Below the pieces are notes generated by a model, which saw only the letters and a list, made by a program, of their open reading frames with translations, was not told the DNA's origin and did not search any database. From Planktothrix pseudagardhii (GTDB taxonomy: Bacteria; Cyanobacteriota; Cyanobacteriia; Cyanobacteriales; Microcoleaceae): a stretch of DNA of 64,000 bases. The stretch's first letter is position 1; every line of letters begins with the position of its first letter. The stretch is taken from NCBI RefSeq assembly GCF_904830925.1, contig NZ_LR882967.1, forward strand, positions 3,362,106 to 3,426,105. The letters run 5' to 3'. The translations under genes were made by a program, and so were the position numbers. Positions 1 to 9,049 of this stretch are shown in pieces.

Positions 1-792
1 TTAACTCAACCTGTAACGACTCGTCATGACGCTTCCCCGGAAGAACGAGAATTTGTTTTAAAACAGATTTATCAACAAGTTTTAGAACGGCAATTATATG
101 AGTCTGAACGGAAACAATTAGTTGATTTAGAAAAAGATTTTATCAAAGGAAAAATAGGGATTCGTCATTTCTTAAAAAGTTTAGCAGTTCGTCCGATTTA
201 TTTAGAGCTTTTTTATGAAAATAGCTCTAATATGAAATTTATTGAAAATGCCTGTAAACATTTTTTAGGACGAGCCCCCAAAAATAATGAAGAACTACAT
301 GAATGGGATGATATTTTAGTTCGTCATGGGGTTGGTGCCCTGGTTTCAGAGTTGGTTGATTCTGAAGAATATCGGAAATCCTTTGGTTATTTTACCATCC
401 CCTACTGGCATGAACACCGTTTTGAATCCGCAGGTGAATATATCGAAAATGAAAAGCTCGGTCATGAACACGCCGGACAAAGAGGGTGGGCAATTCCGAC
501 CCATTATCAACATGAATTACACATCGACTGTGATGGTGGAACCTGTGTTCGAGAGGAGGATAAATCTAAAGTTCAAGAGGTACCACCTATTGAGGAGGTT
601 TTAGATTTATCCACCGATACCAAAATGACACCTAAGCATATTCAACGGCTATCTCTGTGTGTCAAAGAAATTACAGAAATTCTGTCATTATATCCTCAAC
701 CTGTCACTCCCAAAGAGATTGAAACTGACCTTCAACAAAAGGTCTTGGAGTATGTTAGTATCACTAACGCTAATTTACTCTTTAAAAATTAA
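1..792 (+). CDS. Phycobilisome linker domain-containing protein (5' end outside the window)
   Basis: Frame 1 is open from base 1. The translation ...IYQQVLERQLYESERKQL...IRHFLKSLAVRPIYLELFYE...ACKHFLGRAP...DSEEYRKSFGYFTIPYW matches the PBS-linker (PF00427) signature. A ~100-aa C-terminal extension follows. Confidence 0.7.
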   Translation, partial: LTQPVTTRHDASPEEREFVLKQIYQQVLERQLYESERKQLVDLEKDFIKGKIGIRHFLKSLAVRPIYLELFYENSSNMKFIENACKHFLGRAPKNNEELHEWDDILVRHGVGALVSELVDSEEYRKSFGYFTIPYWHEHRFESAGEYIENEKLGHEHAGQRGWAIPTHYQHELHIDCDGGTCVREEDKSKVQEVPPIEEVLDLSTDTKMTPKHIQRLSLCVKEITEILSLYPQPVTPKEIETDLQQKVLEYVSITNANLLFKN

Positions 793-796
793 CAAT

Positions 797-815
797 AGGG
801 TGGGTTTTAGCCCAC
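797..815 (+). terminator. Weak stem-loop (GGTGGG..CCCACC) after the linker gene
   Basis: Inverted repeat ggtggg-tttta-g-cccacc directly after the stop codon. It is followed only by TT, so the signal is weak. Confidence 0.25.
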
Positions 816-946
816 CTTGGATGATGATTAAAATTCTGCAACTAGCGATCGCATCCATTTAATCAGATTTTCAATATTTGCTAGGGGTTGAGTCAATTGA
901 AAATAGGCCTACTTATTTAGGACTGTTATATAATTAATATATTGTT

Positions 947-1324
947 TTGTTTTTGGATATTATGCAAATCAATAAATATCTCCATGCTGCTATTTTAGTG
1001 TCTAATTTAGAAAAATCTGAACAATTTTATAGTCAAGTGTTAAGCTTAGAAAAAGTTGAACGTCCGTTAAATTTTCCGGGTATTTGGTATCAAATTGGTG
1101 AGTTTCAAATTCATTTAATTCAAGCTGAAACTGTAATTAACGATCAAGTTAATAATCAGAAATGGGGACGAAATCGACATTTGGCTTTTGCTGTTGAAGA
1201 TTTAGAAACTGCGAAACAACAGTTAATGACTTATAATTGTTCTTTTCAAATGAGTGCTTCCGGTCGTGCTGCCTTGTTTACACAAGATCCTGATGGTAAT
1301 ATAATTGAATTAAATGAAGCATGA
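947..1324 (+). CDS. VOC family (glyoxalase/bleomycin-resistance/dioxygenase fold) protein
   Basis: 125 aa. HAAILVSNLEKSEQFYSQVLSL...HLAFAVEDL...DPDGNIIEL is the typical VOC beta-alpha-beta-beta-beta pattern. The stop overlaps the next start (ATGA). Confidence 0.6.
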   Translation: MFLDIMQINKYLHAAILVSNLEKSEQFYSQVLSLEKVERPLNFPGIWYQIGEFQIHLIQAETVINDQVNNQKWGRNRHLAFAVEDLETAKQQLMTYNCSFQMSASGRAALFTQDPDGNIIELNEA

Positions 1325-2616
1325 AAATTATTGCTTATTGTTATACTGATCCGTTGTTTGAACAACCCCCAGATCGGATAATTTGGGGATGGGAAGTGGA
1401 TCGGGTTTATCAAGATTTAGGCGAAAGAGAAGAACTAGAACAATTATTGAAAGATTGTGATTTAGAACCCCCAGAATATTTATTAATTCGACGGTTAGAA
1501 GAGTTAGGAGATTCTGTTTTAGAAGTGAGCGATCGCTTACAAAAATTAGAATCATTTCAAATTAATATTATTGCAATAGAATCCGATTTTAACACCTCTG
1601 AAACTCCTATTAATCGGAGTGATTTAATGCAATTATTGATAGAAATTCAAAATCGCCAACGGAGTCGCCGCATTCGTCAAGGACACGCTAAAAATCGAAT
1701 TAAAACCTTACCTCCACCGGGTAAAGCACCTTACGGATATCGACGGGGAAAAGACCGTTATATTTTAGATCGCAGCGTTTCTCCGATTGTTAAAGAGTTT
1801 TTTGAGCGGTTTTTAATTTATGGGTCTTTGCGAGGTGCGGTGCGCTATTTAGAAAAACGATATGGTAAAAAAATATCTGTCACAACGGGACGACGATGGT
1901 TAACAAACCCGGTTTATCGAGGGGATTTAGAATATCAAAATGGGGAGATTATTTCTAATACCCATATTCCGATTATTTCACGGGATGAAGCCGCCCAGAT
2001 AGATCGATTATTACGCCGAAATCAACGCCTTCCCCCCCGAACTGCGAGTGCGCCGCGTTCTTTAGCAGGGTTAGTTGTTTGTGGAGAATGTCAATCTTCC
2101 CTGACGGTTTCACGAGTTACAACCTATCGTAAAGATCAAGAATATTTGTATTTACGTCCTACAAATTGTCCGCGAAATCCTAAGTGCAAAGCCTTATCTT
2201 ATCAAACAGGATTAGAGTTAACGATTGAACGAATTTGTCAAGATTTACCAGAGGCGGTTTCTAGTTTAAATTTACCGGATTTACAAATTGTTAAACAAGG
2301 TATGATTCAGGAGATTAACCAAAAACAGGAGATTTTGTTACAAATTCCTGATTTATTAACTGCGGGAATATTAGATTTAGAAACAGCAGAGTTAAGAACT
2401 TATAAATTGCGGACAGAAATTTCTCAATTACAAGGAAAGTTAGCCCAACTTCCCCCCGTTAATTTAAAAGAAACAGCACAAGCCGTTTGTATTCCACAGT
2501 TTTGGCTAGATTTATCCGAACCTGAACGACGGTTTTATTTTCGAGAATTTATTCACCAAATTGAGATTATTCGAGATGGGGATAATTGGGAGTTAAAGCT
2601 AATCTTTATTTTTTAA
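1321..2616 (+). CDS. Large serine-recombinase family protein with resolvase-like N-terminus, recombinase domain and Zn-ribbon; catalytic Ser not conserved
   Basis: 431 aa. Resolvase-like motifs are present (LLIRRLEELGDS, IIAIESDF), followed by a recombinase domain (YGYRRGKDRYILD...) and a Cys-rich ribbon (CGECQSS...CPRNPKC). The N-terminus reads MKIIAYCYTDP where a canonical YARVSTxxQ is expected. Confidence 0.55.
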   Translation: MKIIAYCYTDPLFEQPPDRIIWGWEVDRVYQDLGEREELEQLLKDCDLEPPEYLLIRRLEELGDSVLEVSDRLQKLESFQINIIAIESDFNTSETPINRSDLMQLLIEIQNRQRSRRIRQGHAKNRIKTLPPPGKAPYGYRRGKDRYILDRSVSPIVKEFFERFLIYGSLRGAVRYLEKRYGKKISVTTGRRWLTNPVYRGDLEYQNGEIISNTHIPIISRDEAAQIDRLLRRNQRLPPRTASAPRSLAGLVVCGECQSSLTVSRVTTYRKDQEYLYLRPTNCPRNPKCKALSYQTGLELTIERICQDLPEAVSSLNLPDLQIVKQGMIQEINQKQEILLQIPDLLTAGILDLETAELRTYKLRTEISQLQGKLAQLPPVNLKETAQAVCIPQFWLDLSEPERRFYFREFIHQIEIIRDGDNWELKLIFIF

Positions 2617-2617
2617 T

Positions 2618-3646
2618 TTATACTTTAACACAATATTGATTCCGACCTTTTTGTTTTGCTTCATAAAGGGCTTGATCAGCAATTTCTAATAACTCTTCAG
2701 GAGAGGTATTCGGTTGAGGAATTCCATAAGAAATCCCGATACTGACCGTTACAATAGAACTCACCCTTGAATACTCATGATTAATTTTAAGCCGTTGGAC
2801 TTCTTGATGAATGGTTTTTGCGACTTTAAGTGCTCCTTGTAAATCCGTATTGGGAAGAATAATGGCAAATTCTTCTCCACCATAGCGAGCTACTAAATCT
2901 GTAGAATTATTAATAGATCGATCTAAGGCTTGGGCGACTAATTTCAAGCAAATATCTCCGGCGGGATGTCCATAATGATCATTATAATTTTTAAAATAAT
3001 CTAAATCACAAACCAGTAAAGCTAAGGGTTGCTGTTCTTCGATCATTTGTTTCCAAACTTGATCAAAATATTCATCAAAATGTCGGCGGTTAGCTAAACT
3101 GGTTAAACTATCACAAGAGGCTAAATTTTGCAATTGACGGTTCACAGTTTGTAAATTTTCCTCAGCTTTTTTACGGGTTTTAATTTCATTTTGTAATTGA
3201 TTATTTTGTTGTAATAATTTTTGATTTTGTGTCATTAATTGTTGTTTTAACAGACAAATTGTTAACTGATTTTTGACCCGTGCCAAGACTTCATCAACTT
3301 TGAACGGTTTCGTGATATAGTCTACCCCTCCTACAGAAAACGCTTTTATAATATCTTCAACTTGATTCAGCGCACTAATAAAAATAATAGGAATTTCATA
3401 GGTGTCTGGAGAGGATTTTAGCTGATTACATAACTCATATCCTGTGACCTGGGGCATTCTAATATCGAGTAAAATTAAATCGGGTTTTAAAGCGGTAATC
3501 GCGATCATTGCCATGTCAGCATTTAAGGCTTTGCGGACATAATATCCCTGTTGAGTTAACAACGCTGACAAAACCCGAATATTATCCGGTTCATCATCGA
3601 TGATGAGTAAATTTCCCTGAGTTGAAAAAGTTTCATCTGGGTTCAT
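2618..3646 (-). CDS. Response regulator receiver-GGDEF diguanylate cyclase
   Basis: REC motifs are present (LLIIDDEPDN...LILLDIRMPQVTGYE). A coiled coil follows, then a GGDEF domain with RYGGEEF and NRRHFDEY. Confidence 0.85.
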   Translation of the reverse strand: MNPDETFSTQGNLLIIDDEPDNIRVLSALLTQQGYYVRKALNADMAMIAITALKPDLILLDIRMPQVTGYELCNQLKSSPDTYEIPIIFISALNQVEDIIKAFSVGGVDYITKPFKVDEVLARVKNQLTICLLKQQLMTQNQKLLQQNNQLQNEIKTRKKAEENLQTVNRQLQNLASCDSLTSLANRRHFDEYFDQVWKQMIEEQQPLALLVCDLDYFKNYNDHYGHPAGDICLKLVAQALDRSINNSTDLVARYGGEEFAIILPNTDLQGALKVAKTIHQEVQRLKINHEYSRVSSIVTVSIGISYGIPQPNTSPEELLEIADQALYEAKQKGRNQYCVKV

Positions 3647-3649
3647 AAT

Positions 3650-4504
3650 TTACCATTGGGGAGTTAATGAAAGCAATTTAATTAATTCTTCTCCGGGTAA
3701 CGGTTTAGAAAATAAATATCCCTGCCCAAATCCACAATTTAATTCTTTAAGGATGGCTAATTGTTCAGGTAATTCAATCCCTTCAGCAACCACACTCATA
3801 TTCATGGTTTTAGCTAAACTAATAATCACAGGAATTAAGCCAACATTTTCCGATTCTAAGTTAAGACGTTGAACAAAGGATTTATCGACTTTTAGGGTGT
3901 CAACCGGAAAAGAATGGAGATAACTCAGGGAAGAATAACCCGTTCCAAAATCATCAATACTAATTAAAATATGACGTTTTCTGAGTTCTTTGAGAATGAT
4001 AGCTACATCCTTATCATTCTCCATAATCGCACTTTCGGTAATTTCCAATTTTAAACAATCAGGATCAAGTTGACTTTGTTCTAAAACTTGATCAATTTGT
4101 TCTAATAAATTGGGTTGAGCAAACTGTTTAACGGATAAATTAACACTAACAAATAAACTAGAATCCACTAAATTTTGTTTTTGCCAAGTTTGCAGTTGAT
4201 GACAGGCTTCAAATAAAACCCAATAGCCAATGGGAGTAATTAAACCCGTTTCTTCAGCAATGGGAATAAAGAGACCAGGTGGAACTAAACCCCGTTCAGG
4301 ATGACGCCATCGAACTAAGGCTTCAAATCCAGCAATTTTTCCGCTATTCAAATCGACAATTGGTTGATAATGAACGACTAACTCTTGCTGTTCCAGACCC
4401 CGACGTAAATCGGTTTCTAACTGTAATCGCTCTAAAGCAGCGGCGTGCATCACCGGATCAAAGATATGATATTGTCCTTTTCCTAATGCTTTAGCTCGAT
4501 ACAT
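3650..4504 (-). CDS. EAL domain c-di-GMP phosphodiesterase (C-terminal part of a disrupted REC-GGDEF-EAL gene)
   Basis: The ORF begins with the tail of a GGDEF domain (MYRAKALGKG). A full EAL domain follows (ELVVHYQPIVDL...EALVRWRHPERG...DDFGTGYSSLSYL). Confidence 0.75.
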   Translation of the reverse strand: MYRAKALGKGQYHIFDPVMHAAALERLQLETDLRRGLEQQELVVHYQPIVDLNSGKIAGFEALVRWRHPERGLVPPGLFIPIAEETGLITPIGYWVLFEACHQLQTWQKQNLVDSSLFVSVNLSVKQFAQPNLLEQIDQVLEQSQLDPDCLKLEITESAIMENDKDVAIILKELRKRHILISIDDFGTGYSSLSYLHSFPVDTLKVDKSFVQRLNLESENVGLIPVIISLAKTMNMSVVAEGIELPEQLAILKELNCGFGQGYLFSKPLPGEELIKLLSLTPQW

Positions 4505-4716
4505 AGCTGTGTCTGCATCACGCAGTAAATGTTCCGGTTCATTATAGTCTGAATGACCGATTACAATCCCAATACTGGCATTAATAAAAACTTCATGTCG
4601 TTCTAAATGAAAAGGTTTAGAAAAAGAGTCTAAAATCTGATCGGCTAATTCAATAACATGAGGAAAGTCGGGAATTTCTGTTAATAAAATTGCAAATTCA
4701 TCTCCTCCTAGACGGG

Positions 4717-5094
4717 CTAATGTATTCTGGGGTTTAATATAACTGTTAAATCGAGAACATCATCCAAAGCACTTAAAAAGATTACTGGAATTTCTGCGGT
4801 TTTAGCATTAGCTTTGAGATTCTGACAAACCTCATAACCATCCATTTCTGGCATCATAATATCCAGCAGAATTAAATCAGGAGCAACGGTTTGAGCCGCC
4901 GTTAATGCCATCGCACCATTTAAAGCTTTGCGTACATTGTATCCTTGACGAGTGAGCATTCGGGACAATAAATGGAGGTTGTCCGGTGTATCATCAACGA
5001 TGAGAATATCTTCAGTTTTTGTTAAATCCAGGTTGTAATGATTCATTTCAATTGGAAACAGATAAAATGGGGTACGGATTGAGGTCATTCCCAA
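4717..5094 (-). CDS. Receiver (REC) domain ORF, likely the N-terminal fragment of the disrupted REC-GGDEF-EAL gene
   Basis: Motifs ILIVDDTPDNLHLL...LILLDIMMPEMDGYEV...IPVIFLSA. The ORF terminates where a GGDEF domain should start. ARLGGDEF is encoded in another frame between 4505 and 4740. Confidence 0.6.
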   Translation of the reverse strand: MGMTSIRTPFYLFPIEMNHYNLDLTKTEDILIVDDTPDNLHLLSRMLTRQGYNVRKALNGAMALTAAQTVAPDLILLDIMMPEMDGYEVCQNLKANAKTAEIPVIFLSALDDVLDLTVILNPRIH

Positions 5095-5314
5095 TCACTA
5101 CAGGTTGGAATAAAGACCCACTCTGATTGTTTATTGGTGTACTGGGTAAAGTTTCTCTGGGGATGCTGGTATTGGGTAAAGTGGCTTACCTCATTAAACC
5201 GAACTGTGTCAATTCTATAAAATACAAGCCATAATTATAACATTTTGTTAGAGCTTTACTCAATTCCTGTTGGTTTTATGCCCTGAATATTTGTGTCAAG
5301 GTTTTTGAAAAAAA

Positions 5315-6925
5315 TTAAAGCGGAAGGGGCTCTTGTTGCTGTTCTTTTTTCAGATCTTGTTGTTTAATTTTAGGCAATTTGAATAGGACACCCACTAAAA
5401 ACCAATAATAAACAGCCACTGGATCGGTATCGAGAGGATACCAATAGGGATTATAGCTAATTAAAGCAATAAAAATCCAAAATGTAATTCCATAACCCCA
5501 TAAACTATGATCGATTAATTGATGATAGGATTTAAACCCTAAAATCGTAATTGTTGTCACCAGGAATAAAAAAGCGGCAACTCCAAAGGGGCCAATTTCA
5601 TAGTACAACTTAGGATAATAAGCTTCAATTAATCGTGTTTTTCCTAATCCTCTGGCTGCGGTTGTTGCTTGTCCTAAACCATTGCCTAAAAAACCGCGAT
5701 GGGCTTTCAAACTCAAATTCGTTTGTTTCGTTAAAAACACTGCCGGGGGATCAGCATTCCAACGTCCAATCAAGCTATCAACTCGTTCAGACATGACCTC
5801 TGGTGCGAAAATTGATGTGGCGAGAATTAAAGCCACCATCCCTACAACAATCACTAATAAGCGCTTAACCCGTGAGATATGACTGGTCGCCACTAGCAAC
5901 AAAATCACAATGGATGGAACCGCTAACAAAGCTGTTCTTTGACCAGAAATAATGGCATTGAGCATCACTAACGATAACGCCGCTAAACCCGTTAAACGCC
6001 ACTTCAATTTTGGGTCACTAAAGGCCGTTGCAAAACCAAAAAATGTGCTGGATACTAAAAACCAAGACCAATGCCAAGGCGCGACAAAGGTTCCGGGTAA
6101 ACGAATAAAGTTTTCCGATGGGTAATATCCTAATGCGCCTCCCACAAAACACTTACGCTGCACATTTGCCCTCAATAATAAATGTTCTGGTAAACCGCTA
6201 TTATCCGAACAATACCCCGTTATTATTAATATAAATTGAATGAATCCTAAAATGCAACAAATGACGATTAAAATAATTTGCAAACGAGAAAAAAATTGCA
6301 GTTCTTTGCGAGTCCGAATCAAATAATAGGCTCCGGTAATCAGAGGAATATATCCCAGTAAAACTTTTAAGCCGAAGAGTCCCACGGCAAACGGTTGGTT
6401 ATCGACCGTGGCGTGTCGTTGTTGAACACCATTAACAGCAAAGAGGGTAACAATAGCAATCGTGAACAAAATTAACAGGGGAATTCTAAGTTGAGGCGGA
6501 ACAATAAGCGGTAACTTTTTTTTTCTTAATTCAACAATTAAACCGATTAAAGCCGGGATATAAAACCCATCTTTTGCTAAATGGAAAATAAAATGATCGT
6601 TGCCAACCCAATAAGAAATTGTCCCCGCAAAGGGTAAATAAATTAAAAAAGCCCATAACCCTTGACGGGGATATCGATAACATAAAACCAGAATCATTAG
6701 AGCAATACTGCTAAAGATTGTGGTATTTACAGAAACCCCATTCGCAAATAGCAAGAGTCCCATCAATAAAGCGACACTAGCGACTATTGCTAAGAACCGC
6801 CAGAAATTGGGTTTCTTAGGGGAAGGCGGTTCAAGATCAATCACCGGGTATTCAAAACCGTTAAGATCAGGGTCGGGATGACTCTGGTGTTCTGATTGTT
6901 GGGGTTGACCAGGAAAGTTGGACAT
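5315..6925 (-). CDS. Polytopic integral membrane protein (>=12 predicted TM helices; possibly O-antigen polymerase/ligase-like)
   Basis: Long ORF with many hydrophobic segments (LAIVASVALLMGLLLF, IALMILVLCY, IIVICCILGFIQFILII...). Start chosen at MSNFPGQ (ATG at 6923-6925) rather than the upstream in-frame Met at 7048. The functional guess is weak. Confidence 0.45.
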   Translation of the reverse strand: MSNFPGQPQQSEHQSHPDPDLNGFEYPVIDLEPPSPKKPNFWRFLAIVASVALLMGLLLFANGVSVNTTIFSSIALMILVLCYRYPRQGLWAFLIYLPFAGTISYWVGNDHFIFHLAKDGFYIPALIGLIVELRKKKLPLIVPPQLRIPLLILFTIAIVTLFAVNGVQQRHATVDNQPFAVGLFGLKVLLGYIPLITGAYYLIRTRKELQFFSRLQIILIVICCILGFIQFILIITGYCSDNSGLPEHLLLRANVQRKCFVGGALGYYPSENFIRLPGTFVAPWHWSWFLVSSTFFGFATAFSDPKLKWRLTGLAALSLVMLNAIISGQRTALLAVPSIVILLLVATSHISRVKRLLVIVVGMVALILATSIFAPEVMSERVDSLIGRWNADPPAVFLTKQTNLSLKAHRGFLGNGLGQATTAARGLGKTRLIEAYYPKLYYEIGPFGVAAFLFLVTTITILGFKSYHQLIDHSLWGYGITFWIFIALISYNPYWYPLDTDPVAVYYWFLVGVLFKLPKIKQQDLKKEQQQEPLPL

Positions 6926-6935
6926 TAGAATATGA

Positions 6936-7163
6936 TTATTGCCAACGTTGAGGAATATTGACTTCCCAAAGTTCCTGTACACGCTGTTGTTGAGGAGAGG
7001 GAAGTCGTTCAAAGGCTTGCATAATTTCCCAATGAGTATAATTAACAATCAAAGCTGTCAATTCACCCAAAGTTTCAGCTTGTAATAAAGCCGATTGCAA
7101 CAATTGATGCTCGATGAGGTCGAAGTTAAGGGTTTGTTCTGAAGATAAAAGTTCGATTGCCAT
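6936..7163 (-). CDS. Small hypothetical protein (75 aa)
   Basis: ORF directly upstream of, and co-oriented with, the membrane-protein gene. No recognisable motif. Confidence 0.3.
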   Translation of the reverse strand: MAIELLSSEQTLNFDLIEHQLLQSALLQAETLGELTALIVNYTHWEIMQAFERLPSPQQQRVQELWEVNIPQRWQ

Positions 7164-7219
7164 CGTGTTCCAAAAAACAGAGCGTTACCAACTGTTGAGA
7201 AAATAAATAATCTGAATTT

Positions 7220-7606
7220 CTACAGGCTGGAAAGGATTATTCCCACTATAGCACCCCCAAGAAGAGTAAATGTTACTAGGGAACTGATGGCAAACCCCAG
7301 CATCCGTTTCTCAGCCACTTGGTAATATCCCCAAGCATATAAAATTCGTCCGATGACCCAAACTGCACCTAAACCAGCAGCCCAAATTGGACTCACCCAT
7401 TCCGAAAACAACCACAGCGTCGGGAGAAACAAAACCAATTGTTCGAGGGTGTTCTGTTGGACGCGCACCACTCGCTCAAAATTCTCGTCTCCGTTCATTT
7501 GAGGGGGCATAATTTTGTACTTGATTCGGGCACGCCCCACATTAATCGTCACAGCTAAATATAGCAGCAACGCACAAGCGGTTACTAAACTAGGCCACAT
7601 TGACAT
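7220..7606 (-). CDS. MAPEG family membrane protein (microsomal glutathione S-transferase-like)
   Basis: 128 aa with four hydrophobic segments. Contains the MAPEG signature E-R-x2-R-x3-N-x2-E-x4-F (NFERVVRVQQNTLEQLVLF). Confidence 0.7.
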   Translation of the reverse strand: MSMWPSLVTACALLLYLAVTINVGRARIKYKIMPPQMNGDENFERVVRVQQNTLEQLVLFLPTLWLFSEWVSPIWAAGLGAVWVIGRILYAWGYYQVAEKRMLGFAISSLVTFTLLGGAIVGIILSSL

Positions 7607-7928
7607 AACCAGAAAGTCCCTACAGTAAATCTATCTTTTCCTATCCTACCCTCAACAACCCAGGGTCAACCGCGCAGCACCCCAGAGCCAACCGAGGTCA
7701 ACTTGTGATCTCAATCACTTTTAAACTTCCCAGTCAGTCACAGGAAATCTTCCTTCCCTGTCACGCCAAAGCTTTTGAACTATCACGGCTTCATCCAAGC
7801 GCTATCACTGTCATCTTTAACCAAACATTAGATAGTTAACTCAGTCCGACGTAATGGATTAGGTCAAAATGCTGAACTTAAATTTCTCAGGTTGCACGCC
7901 CGTGATGAATCAAAATCAATTAAAGCCC

Positions 7929-9049
7929 TATATAGCACTTCCAAATGAGTTATAATAAATGTAAGGTTAGCAATAATCCCCCAAAGCTGGCAACGGAAAA
8001 TGAATATAATCGACGAAATAGACGATTTTATCAATCAGACAAAAGATCCTAGAGAAATTAAAAGAGCGATCGCTGTCAAACTCAAATTACAAGGTAAAGC
8101 CTACCGGGAAATTCAAGACTTATTACAAGTTTCTCAAGGATTTATTAGCCAATGGAAAAATCGGGTGCTTGTGGAAGGAGTAGACAGTTTAAAACTTCAA
8201 TATAAAGGAAGGAAAGGTTATCTAAGCCCTGAAGACAAACAGAAAATTATTGAAGAATTAAGGGAAAGAGATTGGTTAAGATTGTCTGATTTACAAGTTT
8301 TGTTAGAAAGGGAGTATGGAGTCGTGTTTCAATCCCATCAAAGTTATTATAGCTTGCTGGAAGAGGCTCGCATCAGTTGGAAAAAAAGCCAAAAAAAGAA
8401 TCCGGCTAAAAATGAGCAGTTAGTCCAAGAGAAAAAGGAAGAAATTGAAAAAAAGTTAGCGAGTTGGAAAGAGGAAATAGGGGCGGGAAAGCTGACAGTG
8501 TTTATGATTGATGAATGTCATCTTCTTTGGGGAGATATTTTAGGGTATGTTTGGGGAAGGACGGATCGAAGAATAGAAATTCCCATCAAAAATCAAAAAG
8601 AAAGGCAAACTTATTATGGAGCTTTAGATTACCAAACGAAAGAATTTATTATCAAAGGTTATGCGGCGGGCAATACAGAAAATACCGTAGACTTTCTCCA
8701 GTATTTACAACAGCAAAATCCGGGGAAAAGGTTGGCTATAGTCTGGGACAATGCCACTTATCATTGTTCTCAAAACTTTCGAGATTACTTAACTCAAGTT
8801 AATCAAAATTTATCGGAAGAAGAATGGCGGATTACTTGTGTAAATTTTGCTCCTAATGCGCCGGAGCAAAATCCGGTTGAAGATATTTGGTTACAAACCA
8901 AAAATTTCGTGAGAAAATTCTATCATTTATGCCCATCTTTTAAAGTAGTTAAGTGGCTATTTGAGTTTTTTGCTCAGGGGCAAATTTTTGATTTTCCCAA
9001 GCTTTTTATGTACGGGATTTTGCCACAACCTATTTAGGATTGCTATATA
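7929..9049 (+). mobile_element. IS630/Tc1-mariner family insertion sequence (~1.12 kb) with imperfect terminal inverted repeats and flanking TA
   Basis: Left end is TATATAGCACTTCCAAATGAGTT (from 7929). The reverse complement of the right end is TATATAGCAATCCTAAATAGGTT (ending 9049). About 17 of 23 positions match. The ends enclose a DDE transposase gene. Confidence 0.55.
8000..9037 (+). CDS. IS630 family transposase (HTH plus DDE_3 domain)
   Basis: N-terminal HTH-like region (EIKRAIAVKLKLQGKAYREIQDLLQVSQGFISQW). DDE region: VFMIDECHLLWGD...AIVWDNATYHCS...NFAPNAPEQNPVEDIW. Confidence 0.85.
   Translation: MNIIDEIDDFINQTKDPREIKRAIAVKLKLQGKAYREIQDLLQVSQGFISQWKNRVLVEGVDSLKLQYKGRKGYLSPEDKQKIIEELRERDWLRLSDLQVLLEREYGVVFQSHQSYYSLLEEARISWKKSQKKNPAKNEQLVQEKKEEIEKKLASWKEEIGAGKLTVFMIDECHLLWGDILGYVWGRTDRRIEIPIKNQKERQTYYGALDYQTKEFIIKGYAAGNTENTVDFLQYLQQQNPGKRLAIVWDNATYHCSQNFRDYLTQVNQNLSEEEWRITCVNFAPNAPEQNPVEDIWLQTKNFVRKFYHLCPSFKVVKWLFEFFAQGQIFDFPKLFMYGILPQPI

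Noticed and set aside
8515-8802. 95-aa ORF inside the IS630 transposase gene.
   Set aside because: It lies in an alternative frame fully nested in the well-supported transposase CDS.
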